A DNA stretch of 63,879 bases, filler included, from Myxococcota bacterium (GCA_023150835.1; 6 parts of 6 records of this genome joined end to end with filler, not necessarily neighbours in it), one strand, 5' to 3'; shown: positions 48,236 through 58,836, counted from the whole stretch's first letter. The notes: a model not told the origin generated them from the letters alone. Numbers and translations: made by a program.

Positions 48236-50647
48236 TTATTTCACATCATCGGCGGAACGCGGCAAGATTCGATATTGATCGAAAGAATAGATCACAATAC
48301 CGCGCAAAACACCGATCTTATCGCCTTTTTTGGCAACATGCTTGTAAAGCGTATCGTCCACCGTCGCACCGCCCACCAGCTTAAACGCGCCGTTGGCGTC
48401 TGGATCGGTGTCGACCTCCACATTCTTCAACTCCACCAACATCCCTTCGTAGGCTTCGGCTGGCGACGTGTCTGGATTGGCTTTGTCCACAGGATCGGCT
48501 GGAAGATCGGCCACCGTCAACTCCGTATACTTGAGCGTTGCGGTTTGGCCTGTCTTGGTCACTTTTCCGCCTGTTCCCGCGTTAAACTGCGTGTTTTTGA
48601 AGTACTCTTGCTTGCTTCCTTGAAGATCCACCACATCCCCGGGTGCCAAGGCTTCCGCAAAGTCTTTTCCGACCACCACCAATAGGCCGCCAAACTTCGC
48701 AGGGAAGCTCGGATCCGCAACATAAAATCCTTTGAGGTTGGCCGAGACGTTGTAAATGCTGGAGGTGACCACAACGCCCTTCAGTTCGGCACGATCGCCT
48801 TCTTTGACAAAGGTGGGGCGGGAGGCATCTTGCAGATCGGCGACAGTACGGGCTTGGGGAGGAGCTTCGCAACGGCTGCTTGTGGTGTTGCAGGTCTCTC
48901 CAGTCCTACAATCCTCGTTCTTTTGACAAGTAATCACTTCGCATTTCGCCGATGCACCGCACTTTTGACCCGCAGGGCAATCTTCATTTTTGGTACACGT
49001 CACTTGCGCACCCGCAATATCATCCGCAGATCGGGGCAGCACGCGATACTTGTCGAAAGAATACTGCACCGTTCCACGAAGAAACGCCAGCACATCCCCT
49101 TTCTTCGGCTTAAACGCAAAGATCACATCATCGACCGAAACACCGCCCTTCAACGTAAACACGCCGTTTTTATCGGGTTCGGTCTCCACTTCGACGTTCT
49201 TGAATTCGACCAACACGCCTTCGTAGGGTTCGGACGGCGATGTGTCAGGATTGGCCTTGTCCGTCGGATCTGCCGGTAGTTCGGCGGTCGTCAAAGCCAC
49301 AGGCACGATCTTGTCTTTGGCGTTGCTGCCCGTCTTTTTGACTTCCCCACCCGTCGAGGCTTGGGCGTCGATCTGCGTATTGAAGAAGTATTCTTCCATC
49401 TTCCCCTTGATATCGACCCCATCGCCGATCGCAAGCGTCTCTGCAAAGTCTTTTGCCACCACCACCATCACACCGCCAAACTTTGCGGGGCCGTTGGCAT
49501 CGCTCACAAAAAATCCTTTGAGGTTCGCAGAGACGTTGAACACAGGCGTTGTCACCAACACACTCTTGAGGTTCAGAGCATCCCCGATGCGTGGGCGTTT
49601 GCTTGAAGCGGGATCTTGGATATCCGCAATCGTCAGATCTTGTGCAGGCGCTTCGCAACGATTTTGCGCGTTGCAGGTCTCCCCGCTGCGACAATCTCCT
49701 TGGGCCTTGCAGATGATCACTTGGCACTCTTGGAGCGTCGGCAAACAACGGGTACTACGCGAACAATCGGTGTCGCTTTGACAAGTCGGTTTGCCGCCTT
49801 CGATATCCAACGCACCACGCGGAAGGATCGTGTATTTGTCGAAGGCATAGTTCAAAATGCCCCGAACGTAAGCCAACTTCGTTCCTTTGGTCGGACGCAC
49901 ACCGCGATAAAACGTGTCGTCGACTTCTGCACCACCCACAATCTTCCACACCCCGTATTGATCGGCGTCAGCTTCCACTTCGACGTTCTTGATCTCCACA
50001 AGCATCCCCTCGTAAGGTTCGGCCTTCGAAGCATCAGGATTTTTTACGTCCGTCGGAACAGACGGCAGATCCGCCGCTGTCAACGTGACGGCTTTGATCG
50101 CATCTTTCTTGTTCTCGCTTGTCTTGGTGACAATCCCGCCCGATAGTTCGCGGGCATCGATCTGCGTGTTATAAAAGCTGCTCTCGTTTTTAAATGTTCC
50201 TGTGACGTCGATCACATCGCCAAGATCGAGGCGTGTGCTAAAGTCCGGTCCCACCGAAACCAAGATCCCGCCAAACTTGGACGGAAAACTCGGATCAGAC
50301 ACAAAAAAGCCGTTCAATACGACTTGGTTGTCTTTGCGGTCCAACACAAACATCTGCGAAGTCACCACCAACCCTTTGAGGATCACAGCCGCTTTTTCCG
50401 CAGGTCGATTCGGAGAGCTTGGGTCTTGCAGATCCATGACGCTCAAGCCGCTTGTGACGGGCTTTTCTGTCGGCGTCTGTTCGGTATTGCCCCCGTCTCC
50501 GTCTGGATTGTTGGTTCCCTCGCTTGCCACTTCTTCTGTCGTCGATGGCCCTTGAGGCCGGCATCCCGAAAACACCGCTGTCCATAAAAACAAACCACAC
50601 ACCATCAATACACACACCGAATCGCGTAATCGAACACGATCAAACAT
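48236..50647 (-). CDS. Lipoprotein with three ExeM/YhcR-like OB-fold modules joined by Cys-rich linkers
   Basis: FSGC lipobox; three times (GF(F/Y)V.D..GD.VD..G..TQ..E.YEG.LVE..RG...Y.FD.Y.(I/V)LPR). Confidence 0.8.
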   Translation of the reverse strand: MFDRVRLRDSVCVLMVCGLFLWTAVFSGCRPQGPSTTEEVASEGTNNPDGDGGNTEQTPTEKPVTSGLSVMDLQDPSSPNRPAEKAAVILKGLVVTSQMFVLDRKDNQVVLNGFFVSDPSFPSKFGGILVSVGPDFSTRLDLGDVIDVTGTFKNESSFYNTQIDARELSGGIVTKTSENKKDAIKAVTLTAADLPSVPTDVKNPDASKAEPYEGMLVEIKNVEVEADADQYGVWKIVGGAEVDDTFYRGVRPTKGTKLAYVRGILNYAFDKYTILPRGALDIEGGKPTCQSDTDCSRSTRCLPTLQECQVIICKAQGDCRSGETCNAQNRCEAPAQDLTIADIQDPASSKRPRIGDALNLKSVLVTTPVFNVSANLKGFFVSDANGPAKFGGVMVVVAKDFAETLAIGDGVDIKGKMEEYFFNTQIDAQASTGGEVKKTGSNAKDKIVPVALTTAELPADPTDKANPDTSPSEPYEGVLVEFKNVEVETEPDKNGVFTLKGGVSVDDVIFAFKPKKGDVLAFLRGTVQYSFDKYRVLPRSADDIAGAQVTCTKNEDCPAGQKCGASAKCEVITCQKNEDCRTGETCNTTSSRCEAPPQARTVADLQDASRPTFVKEGDRAELKGVVVTSSIYNVSANLKGFYVADPSFPAKFGGLLVVVGKDFAEALAPGDVVDLQGSKQEYFKNTQFNAGTGGKVTKTGQTATLKYTELTVADLPADPVDKANPDTSPAEAYEGMLVELKNVEVDTDPDANGAFKLVGGATVDDTLYKHVAKKGDKIGVLRGIVIYSFDQYRILPRSADDVK

Positions 50648-51089
50648 ACCAAAAACTCCTTTACTTTCCATCTCTTATCACATTCCCCGTTGAACATATG
50701 CGCGGATTGTAGAAACGCCCCTCGCGCCTTGTCAAGGGTGGGACCTACGCACACCACCCACAAGTATGCACCACAACCACGCCCCCGTGATCAACTTTTT
50801 TCTCTGCGGATAGGATAGGGCTTATACGGTCGGATAGAATTTGTGGGGTGTCACTCCACCCCATAGGCGTTAGGTGAAGGTGGAAACCTCGGTTTGAAGG
50901 GGTGCGAATGCGGCTTTTTTTTACCCATCGCGTCAACCCCAATCTTCGGCGAGGCGTCGAAGCGCCTGCGTAGGTTTCTCTTGCTTTTTCAGAAAGATGC
51001 ACCTTAGCTTAGAGCGAAGCGCGTCCAGAAAGTTTGCTCCATCCACCCGTCCCTTGTATCCTGCGGGGCAACGCATCAAGGAGTTTCCC

Positions 51090-53096
51090 ATGCCTGCATC
51101 TACACCTCCTCGTCCCCTCCGCTGGCTAGACAAACAACACGCCCCGCAACCACCGCCCTGTTCGCCCACCGCCCCCTCTCTTTTCGACCGATCTATCCGC
51201 CAAGATCGCCTTTTCCACAAGACGCTCTATGTGTTTGCGATCTCGATGCTTGCAGGGGCCTTACTGTTTTTGGGTCTTCCCGCCATCGGATGGGCCGAAA
51301 ACAACAAGCCGATCAAGCGCATCGGGATCAATTGCCAACGCTTGACCCAAACATGGAAGATCGCTCGCTACAAGCGCCTCGAAGCCGAAGATCTCGAAGG
51401 CATGGACTGGCACCACCTTGAGATCCTACGCAACGGCATCTACGCACGCCACTATATGCCTTTTTCTCCGCCTCGACTGCGCTACTTCTTTATGGACAAA
51501 AAGACCTTTCCTTGGTATCGCGCATGGAAAACATGGAATCAACATCGCGTCAGCCGCATGGAATGGGACAACGCCTCGTTGATCTCACAAAAAGAACGCG
51601 CCTTAGGCGCGATCGACAAACGCTACCGCCTCCGACAAAAGCACCGCCTCCGCTACTTTTGCACCCAACAAGCCTCCGCCAAAGATGACGAAGATCCCCA
51701 ATGGGACCGCTTCAAACCCACCCCCTTCCCCGTCCACGTCCATTGCCAAGAGATCGATCAACAGATCCAACGATGGACAAAAACCTACCTTACCAAGTCC
51801 GACCTTTACACCCTACAGCGCAAAGGCTGGCTCCACCTCTCGCTGCTGCGCAACGGCTTGTTTGCTTACCAAGGACACCCCCTCAAAACACCGTGGCTCC
51901 AACGTTTTTATCGACGCTTTGCGTGGCATCGCAAACACCGACGCTCCAAGCCCATCACCGCCGCCATCCGCTACAACGCCCAACGCCTATTCGCCCTCGA
52001 ACAAAAGATCGGCACCATGCGCCTTTCGATCAAACAATACAACCTCGATGTCCGATGCGCGGGTTCCGACCAACCCCAAGCCCTCACCCTTCGCCAAAAA
52101 GCCGTCCTGATGGCCCTTTCCTTCCTCGGAACTTCGCGCTTCCAATACAACCGAAAAGTCCGCAACCTCCAACTGCGCGTCGCTGGACGCTCCAACGCCC
52201 TTACTGCACGCCGTATCGCCGATCGCTACGACTGTTCCGGCCTCGTCGAGTCCGTATTCCAAGGCTTGGAGATGAACCTCGCCCAACCCGCCCCCCGCCA
52301 CCATGCCCGCTACTGGAACACCAACGGCGTCAAGATCATCCTCTATAACCTGCTCCATCGCTACAACGTCACCTGCGACAAACGCGCTCCCAAGCCCGGT
52401 GACCTCGTCTTTTTCGACAATTGTTGGGATGCCAACGAAAACGGCACTTCCCGCGACGATCCACTCACTCACATCGGGATCGTCACAGGCGTTTACCCCG
52501 ATGGCACCGTTGAATTCGTCCATAACGCAGGAACAGGCTGGCGCCGTCGTATTGAGATCGGGCGATTGAATCTCAAACTGCCCTATTCCAAAGCTCACAA
52601 CAAGCCTTATCCGATGTGTAGCGGCATGGTCCCTGCCAAAGTCTTCCGCTGCTACGCCTTCCCCAAAGAAGAAGCCGCGCCTTTGCTTGCCAAACGCAAC
52701 GCATCAACCTCTTCAGAGGACGAACCCACCGAACCCACCAAGCCCGAAGAAGACAACCCCACCAAGCCCGAAAACGATGAACATCCGCCCACACAGCACG
52801 AAGAAAACAAATCCGATCCAGACCGCAGCAACGGCCAAGACGATGACGACCGCTCCACCAAGCGCCGACGCTACGCCTCACGCTCCAATTCCCCGCTCTA
52901 CGCACCTCCTCCTCCTTCCGCCCCCAAGCGCAAGCTCTCCAAGCGCAAAACCTCGAAGAGAACCCCCCGCCGATCCCGTCGTATCCGCAAAAAGAAAAAG
53001 AACACCTCCAAAAAGAAAGCCGCAAAAAACAAAAAACGCCGAACACGCCCATCCTCTGACCTCAACAGCCTCATCGACGAACACGATCCCTTGTAG
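51090..53096 (+). CDS. Exported YARHG-YARHG-NlpC/P60 (C40) protein with acidic and basic tail
   Basis: LRNGIYARH, LRNGLFAYQG, YDCSGLV, PGDLVFF, THIGIV. Confidence 0.8.
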   Translation: MPASTPPRPLRWLDKQHAPQPPPCSPTAPSLFDRSIRQDRLFHKTLYVFAISMLAGALLFLGLPAIGWAENNKPIKRIGINCQRLTQTWKIARYKRLEAEDLEGMDWHHLEILRNGIYARHYMPFSPPRLRYFFMDKKTFPWYRAWKTWNQHRVSRMEWDNASLISQKERALGAIDKRYRLRQKHRLRYFCTQQASAKDDEDPQWDRFKPTPFPVHVHCQEIDQQIQRWTKTYLTKSDLYTLQRKGWLHLSLLRNGLFAYQGHPLKTPWLQRFYRRFAWHRKHRRSKPITAAIRYNAQRLFALEQKIGTMRLSIKQYNLDVRCAGSDQPQALTLRQKAVLMALSFLGTSRFQYNRKVRNLQLRVAGRSNALTARRIADRYDCSGLVESVFQGLEMNLAQPAPRHHARYWNTNGVKIILYNLLHRYNVTCDKRAPKPGDLVFFDNCWDANENGTSRDDPLTHIGIVTGVYPDGTVEFVHNAGTGWRRRIEIGRLNLKLPYSKAHNKPYPMCSGMVPAKVFRCYAFPKEEAAPLLAKRNASTSSEDEPTEPTKPEEDNPTKPENDEHPPTQHEENKSDPDRSNGQDDDDRSTKRRRYASRSNSPLYAPPPPSAPKRKLSKRKTSKRTPRRSRRIRKKKKNTSKKKAAKNKKRRTRPSSDLNSLIDEHDPL

Positions 53097-53108
53097 GACG
53101 CCCACCCC

Positions 53109-53981
53109 ATGACACCGCCCTTTTCGTGGCCGACATCACAAACTCCCGATCTTCCGAAATTTCTAGCAGCGCTCCAACGCACCGAAAGCAGCAAAGGCCG
53201 CCGCACCACGCAGACTTTTTCGATCGAAGGTACCCGCCTACTCGAACGCGCCCTTGATGAACAACAACCCTTGTTGGGCGTCCTTGTGGCCGAAGAGATG
53301 GCGCAATCTCCTACGCCCCGCGAGACCGCCCTTTTGGAACGCTTGACCCGTCTTGCAATCCCCTTGCATATCGCCCCCACCGAACGGCTCCACGCTCTTG
53401 TGCAAGGCCGCACCTTTGGGCTTTGTCTCGGCCTTGTCCGCCTCCCTCCCTCCGACGATCTTAACGATATGATAAGTTTTATGGCCCAAGCTCGCCCACT
53501 CAAAATACTCGTTCTTGTCGATGTGATGGACCCGGGGAACCTCGGCGCAATGATGCGAACAGGCGCAGCTTCCGGCATCGACGCGCTCTTGGTTTGGGGT
53601 GGAACGGATCCCTTTCACCCCAAAGCGGCTCGCACCTCGATGGGCGCGATCTTTGTCAACCGCATCTATACCCCCCATCGCTTCGTTGACTTGCTTGACA
53701 CCTTGCACGCCCACCACATCGAAACCATCGGCGCTGTTGTCGAAGGTGGCCTTTTTCCCGATGGGACGGTGCTTTCCACACGACACGCTCTGCTCATGGG
53801 CAGCGAAGCTCACGGCCTCCCCACCGACCTCCAATCTCGCTTGCTCCGCCGCTGGTCCATCCCCATGCACCAAGGCGTCGACTCTTTCTCCGTCAACGCC
53901 GCCGCCGCCATCTTGCTCTACGAAAGCCTCCGCAAACCTCCCATCACAAACAACCCTTTGCATGACTCTCCATCCGAATGA
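53109..53981 (+). CDS. TrmH/SpoU-family RNA methyltransferase
   Basis: DPGNLGAMMRT, MGSEAHGL, IPM..VDSFSV..AA. Confidence 0.92.
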   Translation: MTPPFSWPTSQTPDLPKFLAALQRTESSKGRRTTQTFSIEGTRLLERALDEQQPLLGVLVAEEMAQSPTPRETALLERLTRLAIPLHIAPTERLHALVQGRTFGLCLGLVRLPPSDDLNDMISFMAQARPLKILVLVDVMDPGNLGAMMRTGAASGIDALLVWGGTDPFHPKAARTSMGAIFVNRIYTPHRFVDLLDTLHAHHIETIGAVVEGGLFPDGTVLSTRHALLMGSEAHGLPTDLQSRLLRRWSIPMHQGVDSFSVNAAAAILLYESLRKPPITNNPLHDSPSE

Positions 53982-54137
53982 CATATTATGGGGGGCTGCC
54001 CCATACGTACCGATGGACCGATGTTGTGGGGCTTTGCCCCACACCCCACAAGGGACCAAAGGCCCCTTGACCCCATTTTGGCGAGACGAACAGTCGTGTT
54101 TCAAACCAACGACGGCTCCGCTTCAACGTCCGCGAAC

Positions 54138-54303
54138 ATGGGGGTTTTTCTTCTCTACGTCATTTCTCTTTCAAACAAGCGGCGGATCGATCGATAAGCT
54201 TTCACTTACACTCAGACTCAATGGGGGTTTTTCTTCTCTACGTCATTTCTCTTTCAAACAAGCGGCGGATCGATCAATAAGCTTTCACTCACACTCAGAC
54301 TCA
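54138..54303. repeat. 83-bp tandem duplication between family-B and family-A elements
   Basis: ATGGGGGTTTTTCTTCTC...CAGACTCA repeated at 54138 and 54221. Confidence 0.9.
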
Positions 54304-54467
54304 TACGATGATCCGCCCGCTGAGTTATCGTAAAGACGTAGGGGCAGCCCCCGTGACTGCCCAACAATCGGGCCTCTACGTACTGTCCTTTGCTGTGTAC
54401 ATCGCTCGGATATCGTATCATGCCTTTGTCTGGATACCCTCTGCATACACCTGTTCTGGAGACCACG

Positions 54468-56750
54468 ATGCAGCGAACTCGAATGTTGTTTTGTTGTTTT
54501 TTGTTGCTTTTACCGACCTTTTGGCGTTGCACGCCTGAGACTTCAACCGAAAAGGCCCAAGAAGCCACGCCAGAAGCCCAAGCCGAACCTCAAACCGAAC
54601 CACTCCCTGAATGGGTCGAAGACAGCGGCCCGATCGAGTTTATCCCGCCAGAAGGCCCTCACGAAGTCGACACCCTGACGCCACTCATCACCTTCCCCCC
54701 TGTGCGCTATGTCGGCGATGTCAAAGCCATCCAAGGCACAGCCAAAAGCACAGCCGATCCGATCGACCACCTCGCCCTCGCCATCCAAGACAACACAAGC
54801 CTGCTGTATTGGGATGGAACAGCTTTTTCTCAACAAGACGCCAAGTGGATCCCCCTCCCCGAAAAAGACAGTTTCTCCTTTGACACTCGCGCCATCCCTT
54901 TCCAAGCGGGCAACGGCTACACCGCCTATCTTCGGGCCACCAACACCACAAAAGGCTACGCCACCCAACCCCAAAGTTGGCGCAGCGGCACACCGTGGAC
55001 CTACGCACGCAACCGTAGTCCTTGGCGCTACCTGAGCGGCCCGATAGATGGGGAGTTTACGATCCAAGGCCAGCAAGGTATCGCCTACCGGGTGCGCGAC
55101 AAAGGCGCATACCAAACGCCCCTTGGGATCGGGCCGATCTTCGCAGCCTACCGCTTCCAAGATCAACGCACCCAGATCATGCTCGGCGCACAAGGCCAGA
55201 TCTGGCGCACCACCGACGATGGCATCCGCTGGCAAAAGCTCGCCGCAGACAAAGCCCCCACAACCGATATCGAAGCGCTCTCCGCCTCCAGCGATGAAAA
55301 GATCCTGATCGCAGGTGGCGCACAAGGCCGCCTCTATCGAAGCGATGACAGCGGGGAGAGCTGGAACCCCCTTGGTGGACCACGCGGCGAGCGCATCCGT
55401 CAGATCTGTCGCGTCGATGCCAAGCGTTGGTTGGCGCTCAGTGATCAGACAACAGGCTCGGCGATCTATCGTTCGGATGAAGGCGGAAGCAACTGGACAG
55501 CGATCACGCTCCCGATCACAGATCGCCGATTTTACGGGATATCTTGCGCTGAACAGCAAAAACAAGCCGTGTTGGTGGGAGATGCGGGAGCGATCTTGTT
55601 CAGCGAACAAGCTGGCGAGACATGGACGGATCAAAGCAATACTTCGATCACCGCCGACCTGCGGGGCATTTGGCGCGATCAAACAGGCCGCTGGTTGGCC
55701 GTCGGCGCAAAAGCCCTTGTCTTGGAGAGTTCCGACGGCAAGATCTGGAAGGCGCTCTCCGGCCCCCAAACCGACGGGCCGACCCTGCACGACCTTCGTT
55801 TGCAACAGGACACCAAGCAAGGCTTCGTCTGGGGCGAACAAGCAACATGGTGGAAGACCGAAGACGGCGGAAAAACATGGAAGCCTGTTGTTGTCCCCAA
55901 CGGCGAGAGCAACGAGACTTTTTACGCGGCGCGTTTCCCACAAAGCCCTCGGGTGGGGTTTGTCGTCGGCGAAAAAAGCATCCTTTCCACCGAAGATGCC
56001 GGGCTTACATGGAAGACGCTGCGCACCGACGGGCCTTATTATAGCCTTGCTTTCCGCGACAACTTCAACGGTGTTGTGGTCGGCCATCAGCTCTGCCGCA
56101 CCGAAGACGGGGGAAAAGCATGGGTCTGCCAGCCGTTGGGGGTGGATGGACCGATGTACAGCGTGGCCTTTTCGAACGCCGAGACAGGTTGCGCGGTGGG
56201 TGCAAAGGGCGCGCTGTTGTGTACGACCGACGGGGGCCGCTCTTGGAGTCAAGGCATCCTTCCGACGGGCGAAACCATGCGCCAGATCTACTTTCTCAAC
56301 CAAGAAACAGGCTACATCGCGGGCGACAAAGCCAGTCTCTTCCGCAGCAAGGACAACGGCAAGACTTGGCTCCCTGTCGCCGTCACAGGCATCGCAAGTC
56401 AAGATATCCTCAGCGTTAGTTTTCCACTCAGTGAAGATATCGGATACATCGGCGGTTCAGGTGGCCTGTTTCTCAAAACCGAAGACGCTGGCGGCACTTG
56501 GAAAGCCGTCGCTCTCAAGACCACCCAGCCTATCCGTCTGGTCTACTTTCCGATCGGTCTTACCGACGGCTACGTCCTCGCAGGTGAAACCCAGTTGTAC
56601 CGCACCGAAGACAACGGCCAGACATGGCTCCCTCTCCCGACCCTCTCGACCCTCCCGCTCCATCGCCTCGACTTCTCTCAGTCCGCCCGCCTCGGTTTTG
56701 CCGTCGGCTCCGACGGAACCATCCTCTTGACGCGCAATGGCTTCGAGTGA
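54468..56750 (+). CDS. YCF48/BNR (Asp-box) repeat beta-propeller protein, probably exported
   Basis: Many (S/T).D.G.(T/S)W repeats; N-terminal signal with Cys. Confidence 0.88.
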   Translation: MQRTRMLFCCFLLLLPTFWRCTPETSTEKAQEATPEAQAEPQTEPLPEWVEDSGPIEFIPPEGPHEVDTLTPLITFPPVRYVGDVKAIQGTAKSTADPIDHLALAIQDNTSLLYWDGTAFSQQDAKWIPLPEKDSFSFDTRAIPFQAGNGYTAYLRATNTTKGYATQPQSWRSGTPWTYARNRSPWRYLSGPIDGEFTIQGQQGIAYRVRDKGAYQTPLGIGPIFAAYRFQDQRTQIMLGAQGQIWRTTDDGIRWQKLAADKAPTTDIEALSASSDEKILIAGGAQGRLYRSDDSGESWNPLGGPRGERIRQICRVDAKRWLALSDQTTGSAIYRSDEGGSNWTAITLPITDRRFYGISCAEQQKQAVLVGDAGAILFSEQAGETWTDQSNTSITADLRGIWRDQTGRWLAVGAKALVLESSDGKIWKALSGPQTDGPTLHDLRLQQDTKQGFVWGEQATWWKTEDGGKTWKPVVVPNGESNETFYAARFPQSPRVGFVVGEKSILSTEDAGLTWKTLRTDGPYYSLAFRDNFNGVVVGHQLCRTEDGGKAWVCQPLGVDGPMYSVAFSNAETGCAVGAKGALLCTTDGGRSWSQGILPTGETMRQIYFLNQETGYIAGDKASLFRSKDNGKTWLPVAVTGIASQDILSVSFPLSEDIGYIGGSGGLFLKTEDAGGTWKAVALKTTQPIRLVYFPIGLTDGYVLAGETQLYRTEDNGQTWLPLPTLSTLPLHRLDFSQSARLGFAVGSDGTILLTRNGFE

Positions 56751-56939
56751 TACGATATCCGAATGATATGCACACAAAGGATAGTGCGTAGACGCCCTGT
56801 AATAGGGCAGCCTTCGAGTGATACGATATCCGAATGATATGCACACAAAGGATAGTGCGTAGACGCCCTGTAATAGGGCAGCCTTCGAGTGATACGATAT
56901 CCGAATGATATGCACACAAAGGATAGTGCGTAGACGCCC
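56741..56939. repeat. 71-bp tandem repeat (gene end + half of a family-A element), contig-truncated
   Basis: Units start at 56741, 56812, 56883. Confidence 0.92.
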
Positions 56940-57039
56940 NNNNNNNNNNNNNNNNNNNNNNNNNNNNNNNNNNNNNNNNNNNNTTAATTAATTAANNNNN
57001 NNNNNNNNNNNNNNNNNNNNNNNNNNNNNNNNNNNNNNN

Positions 57040-57168
57040 TGCGTCTCGTGCATACAGCGTGCGTCACGAAAAAACAACATCCCCGCTGCTTCCGACTTTC
57101 GCTCCCTCCCCTGTTCACGGGGGAGGGCTGGGGTGGGGGGCCAACAAGCGCTTAACCTAACGCCTATG
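57040..57168 (-). mobile_element. Family-D MITE, left part
   Basis: Reverse complement of 29490-29614; joins a family-B hairpin. Confidence 0.75.
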
Positions 57169-57367
57169 GGGCTTTGCCCGACACCCCACAAGGGAGCTTT
57201 GCCCCCTTGACCCCGTATCGGCGGGGTGAGCAGATGTTTTTCACACAGACGACTCTGCCGCGTGGAAGGCTGCGAACACGGGGTTTTTTTACAATCAACC
57301 CCTCCAAAGCGGAAGGGGGGAAGCCTGCGGGGTTTGTGGTCTGAGGGCGTTTGGATGGAGAGCGAGG

Positions 57368-58633
57368 CTAAGCGTCTTTTCCGCCGTCTTTGACGCGAAG
57401 CATCTTACCGAAGATGGCCGCAAAGACCGCAGCAAGGATGCTGAGGACGGCCCCCATCTTGGCGGGGCCTTGGAAGGAGGCGGTGAGGTCGTTTTTGAGC
57501 GGGAAGGCTTCGCCGGCCACAAACAAAGCGACGGTTAATCCGAGACCCGCGACCATACCAGCGACGATCAGGTGGCGGCGTTTCATGCCCGTCGGCAGCG
57601 GAAATCCCAAGGCCACCCCGATCGTTGAAAACAAGAAGACGCCAACGGTTTTGCCGATCAAGAGGGAGGCAAGGATGATCCAAGTCACGGTGTTGATGGC
57701 GGAAAAGGCGACACCTGCGTTGGCAAAGGCAAAGAAGAACAGCCCTAGATCCACGGGGAGTTTGATGCTGTGTTCAAAATTTTCAAGGGGCGAGTGGGTT
57801 TCGTGGTCGTTGGTGGGGGCGTTTTTGCCTTCGGATTCAGGTTCGTAGGGGGATTCTTCTTCGAACAGGCCGACGTCTTGCTTTGGGCCGGGCAGAAAGG
57901 GGACAATAAAGACCAGCGCAAGCGCGGGATGCAAGGACGCTTTCAGCAAGCCAAGCCAGCTAAGTAGGCCGCCCAAAACGATATATGGGAGCCATGTGCT
58001 GACTTTCATCGTGCGCAGGGCAAAGGCAACGCCCATCCCTCCCGCTGTCAACAACAACCAGATCGGTGTGACGGGATGGCTTGGGTTTGGATAAAAGACG
58101 GCGATGATCACCAGCCCGATCGCGTCGTCGGCGACAGCCAACAAAAGCAAGAAGTTGATCGCGGGGTGGCCTTTTCCAAAGACCATCCGCGCAATCAACC
58201 ATGCAAGCGCGATATCCGTTGCGGTCGGTATGCCCCACCCTTTCGCAACCACGCCAAACAGCGGGGTTCCACCATAAAAAGCATACGTCAGCGTAAAATA
58301 CACACCGATCGGCCCGATCACGCCGCCAAGCGTCCCAAGTAGCGGATTGATCGCTTTGCGGATCGGATTGAGCGCACCACCCGGGAGGGCGGACTCGGTG
58401 ATCTCTTTGGTCGCTACCCCAAAGAACAGCACCATAAAGACATCATTGATCAGGAAGTGAAAGTCGACTCTGTGATGAAAAAGGGCGGCATTTGAGCCGA
58501 ATATCGGGAAGTGAACGATCTCTTTGTACCATTTGGGGTTGAGATTGGCGGCGAGCAGTCCGAGCAGAACGCCCGCGATTAACGGGATAGAGAACTCTTG
58601 CAAGATGTTTGTCAGCTTCTTGATGCCTTTCAA
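57368..58633 (-). CDS. nhaA: Na+/H+ antiporter NhaA
   Basis: INDVFMVLFF, GWGIPTATDIA, LAVADD, FAFANAGV. Confidence 0.92.
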   Translation of the reverse strand: MKGIKKLTNILQEFSIPLIAGVLLGLLAANLNPKWYKEIVHFPIFGSNAALFHHRVDFHFLINDVFMVLFFGVATKEITESALPGGALNPIRKAINPLLGTLGGVIGPIGVYFTLTYAFYGGTPLFGVVAKGWGIPTATDIALAWLIARMVFGKGHPAINFLLLLAVADDAIGLVIIAVFYPNPSHPVTPIWLLLTAGGMGVAFALRTMKVSTWLPYIVLGGLLSWLGLLKASLHPALALVFIVPFLPGPKQDVGLFEEESPYEPESEGKNAPTNDHETHSPLENFEHSIKLPVDLGLFFFAFANAGVAFSAINTVTWIILASLLIGKTVGVFLFSTIGVALGFPLPTGMKRRHLIVAGMVAGLGLTVALFVAGEAFPLKNDLTASFQGPAKMGAVLSILAAVFAAIFGKMLRVKDGGKDA

Positions 58634-58836
58634 ACTACTACCTCCTCGTCGCGGTGGGCGCTTGTCCCAGATCAGTTCGGATATTGTGCGTGAATGGTCG
58701 ATCTTGTGTGGCTCACAGATGCGGCAGTCGATGTTTTAACACAGCCACGTGAGATTCTGAAAGGGGTCGAGCAAAGGGAAGAGAAGAAGCAAGGCGAACG
58801 CTCTCGTCAAGTCCAAGAGCGTTCGTCTTGGGTGGT

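Noticed and set aside
54543-56730. Long antisense/alternate-frame ORFs (also 39500-41065, 60875-61684)
   Set aside because: Shadow ORFs of well-supported genes
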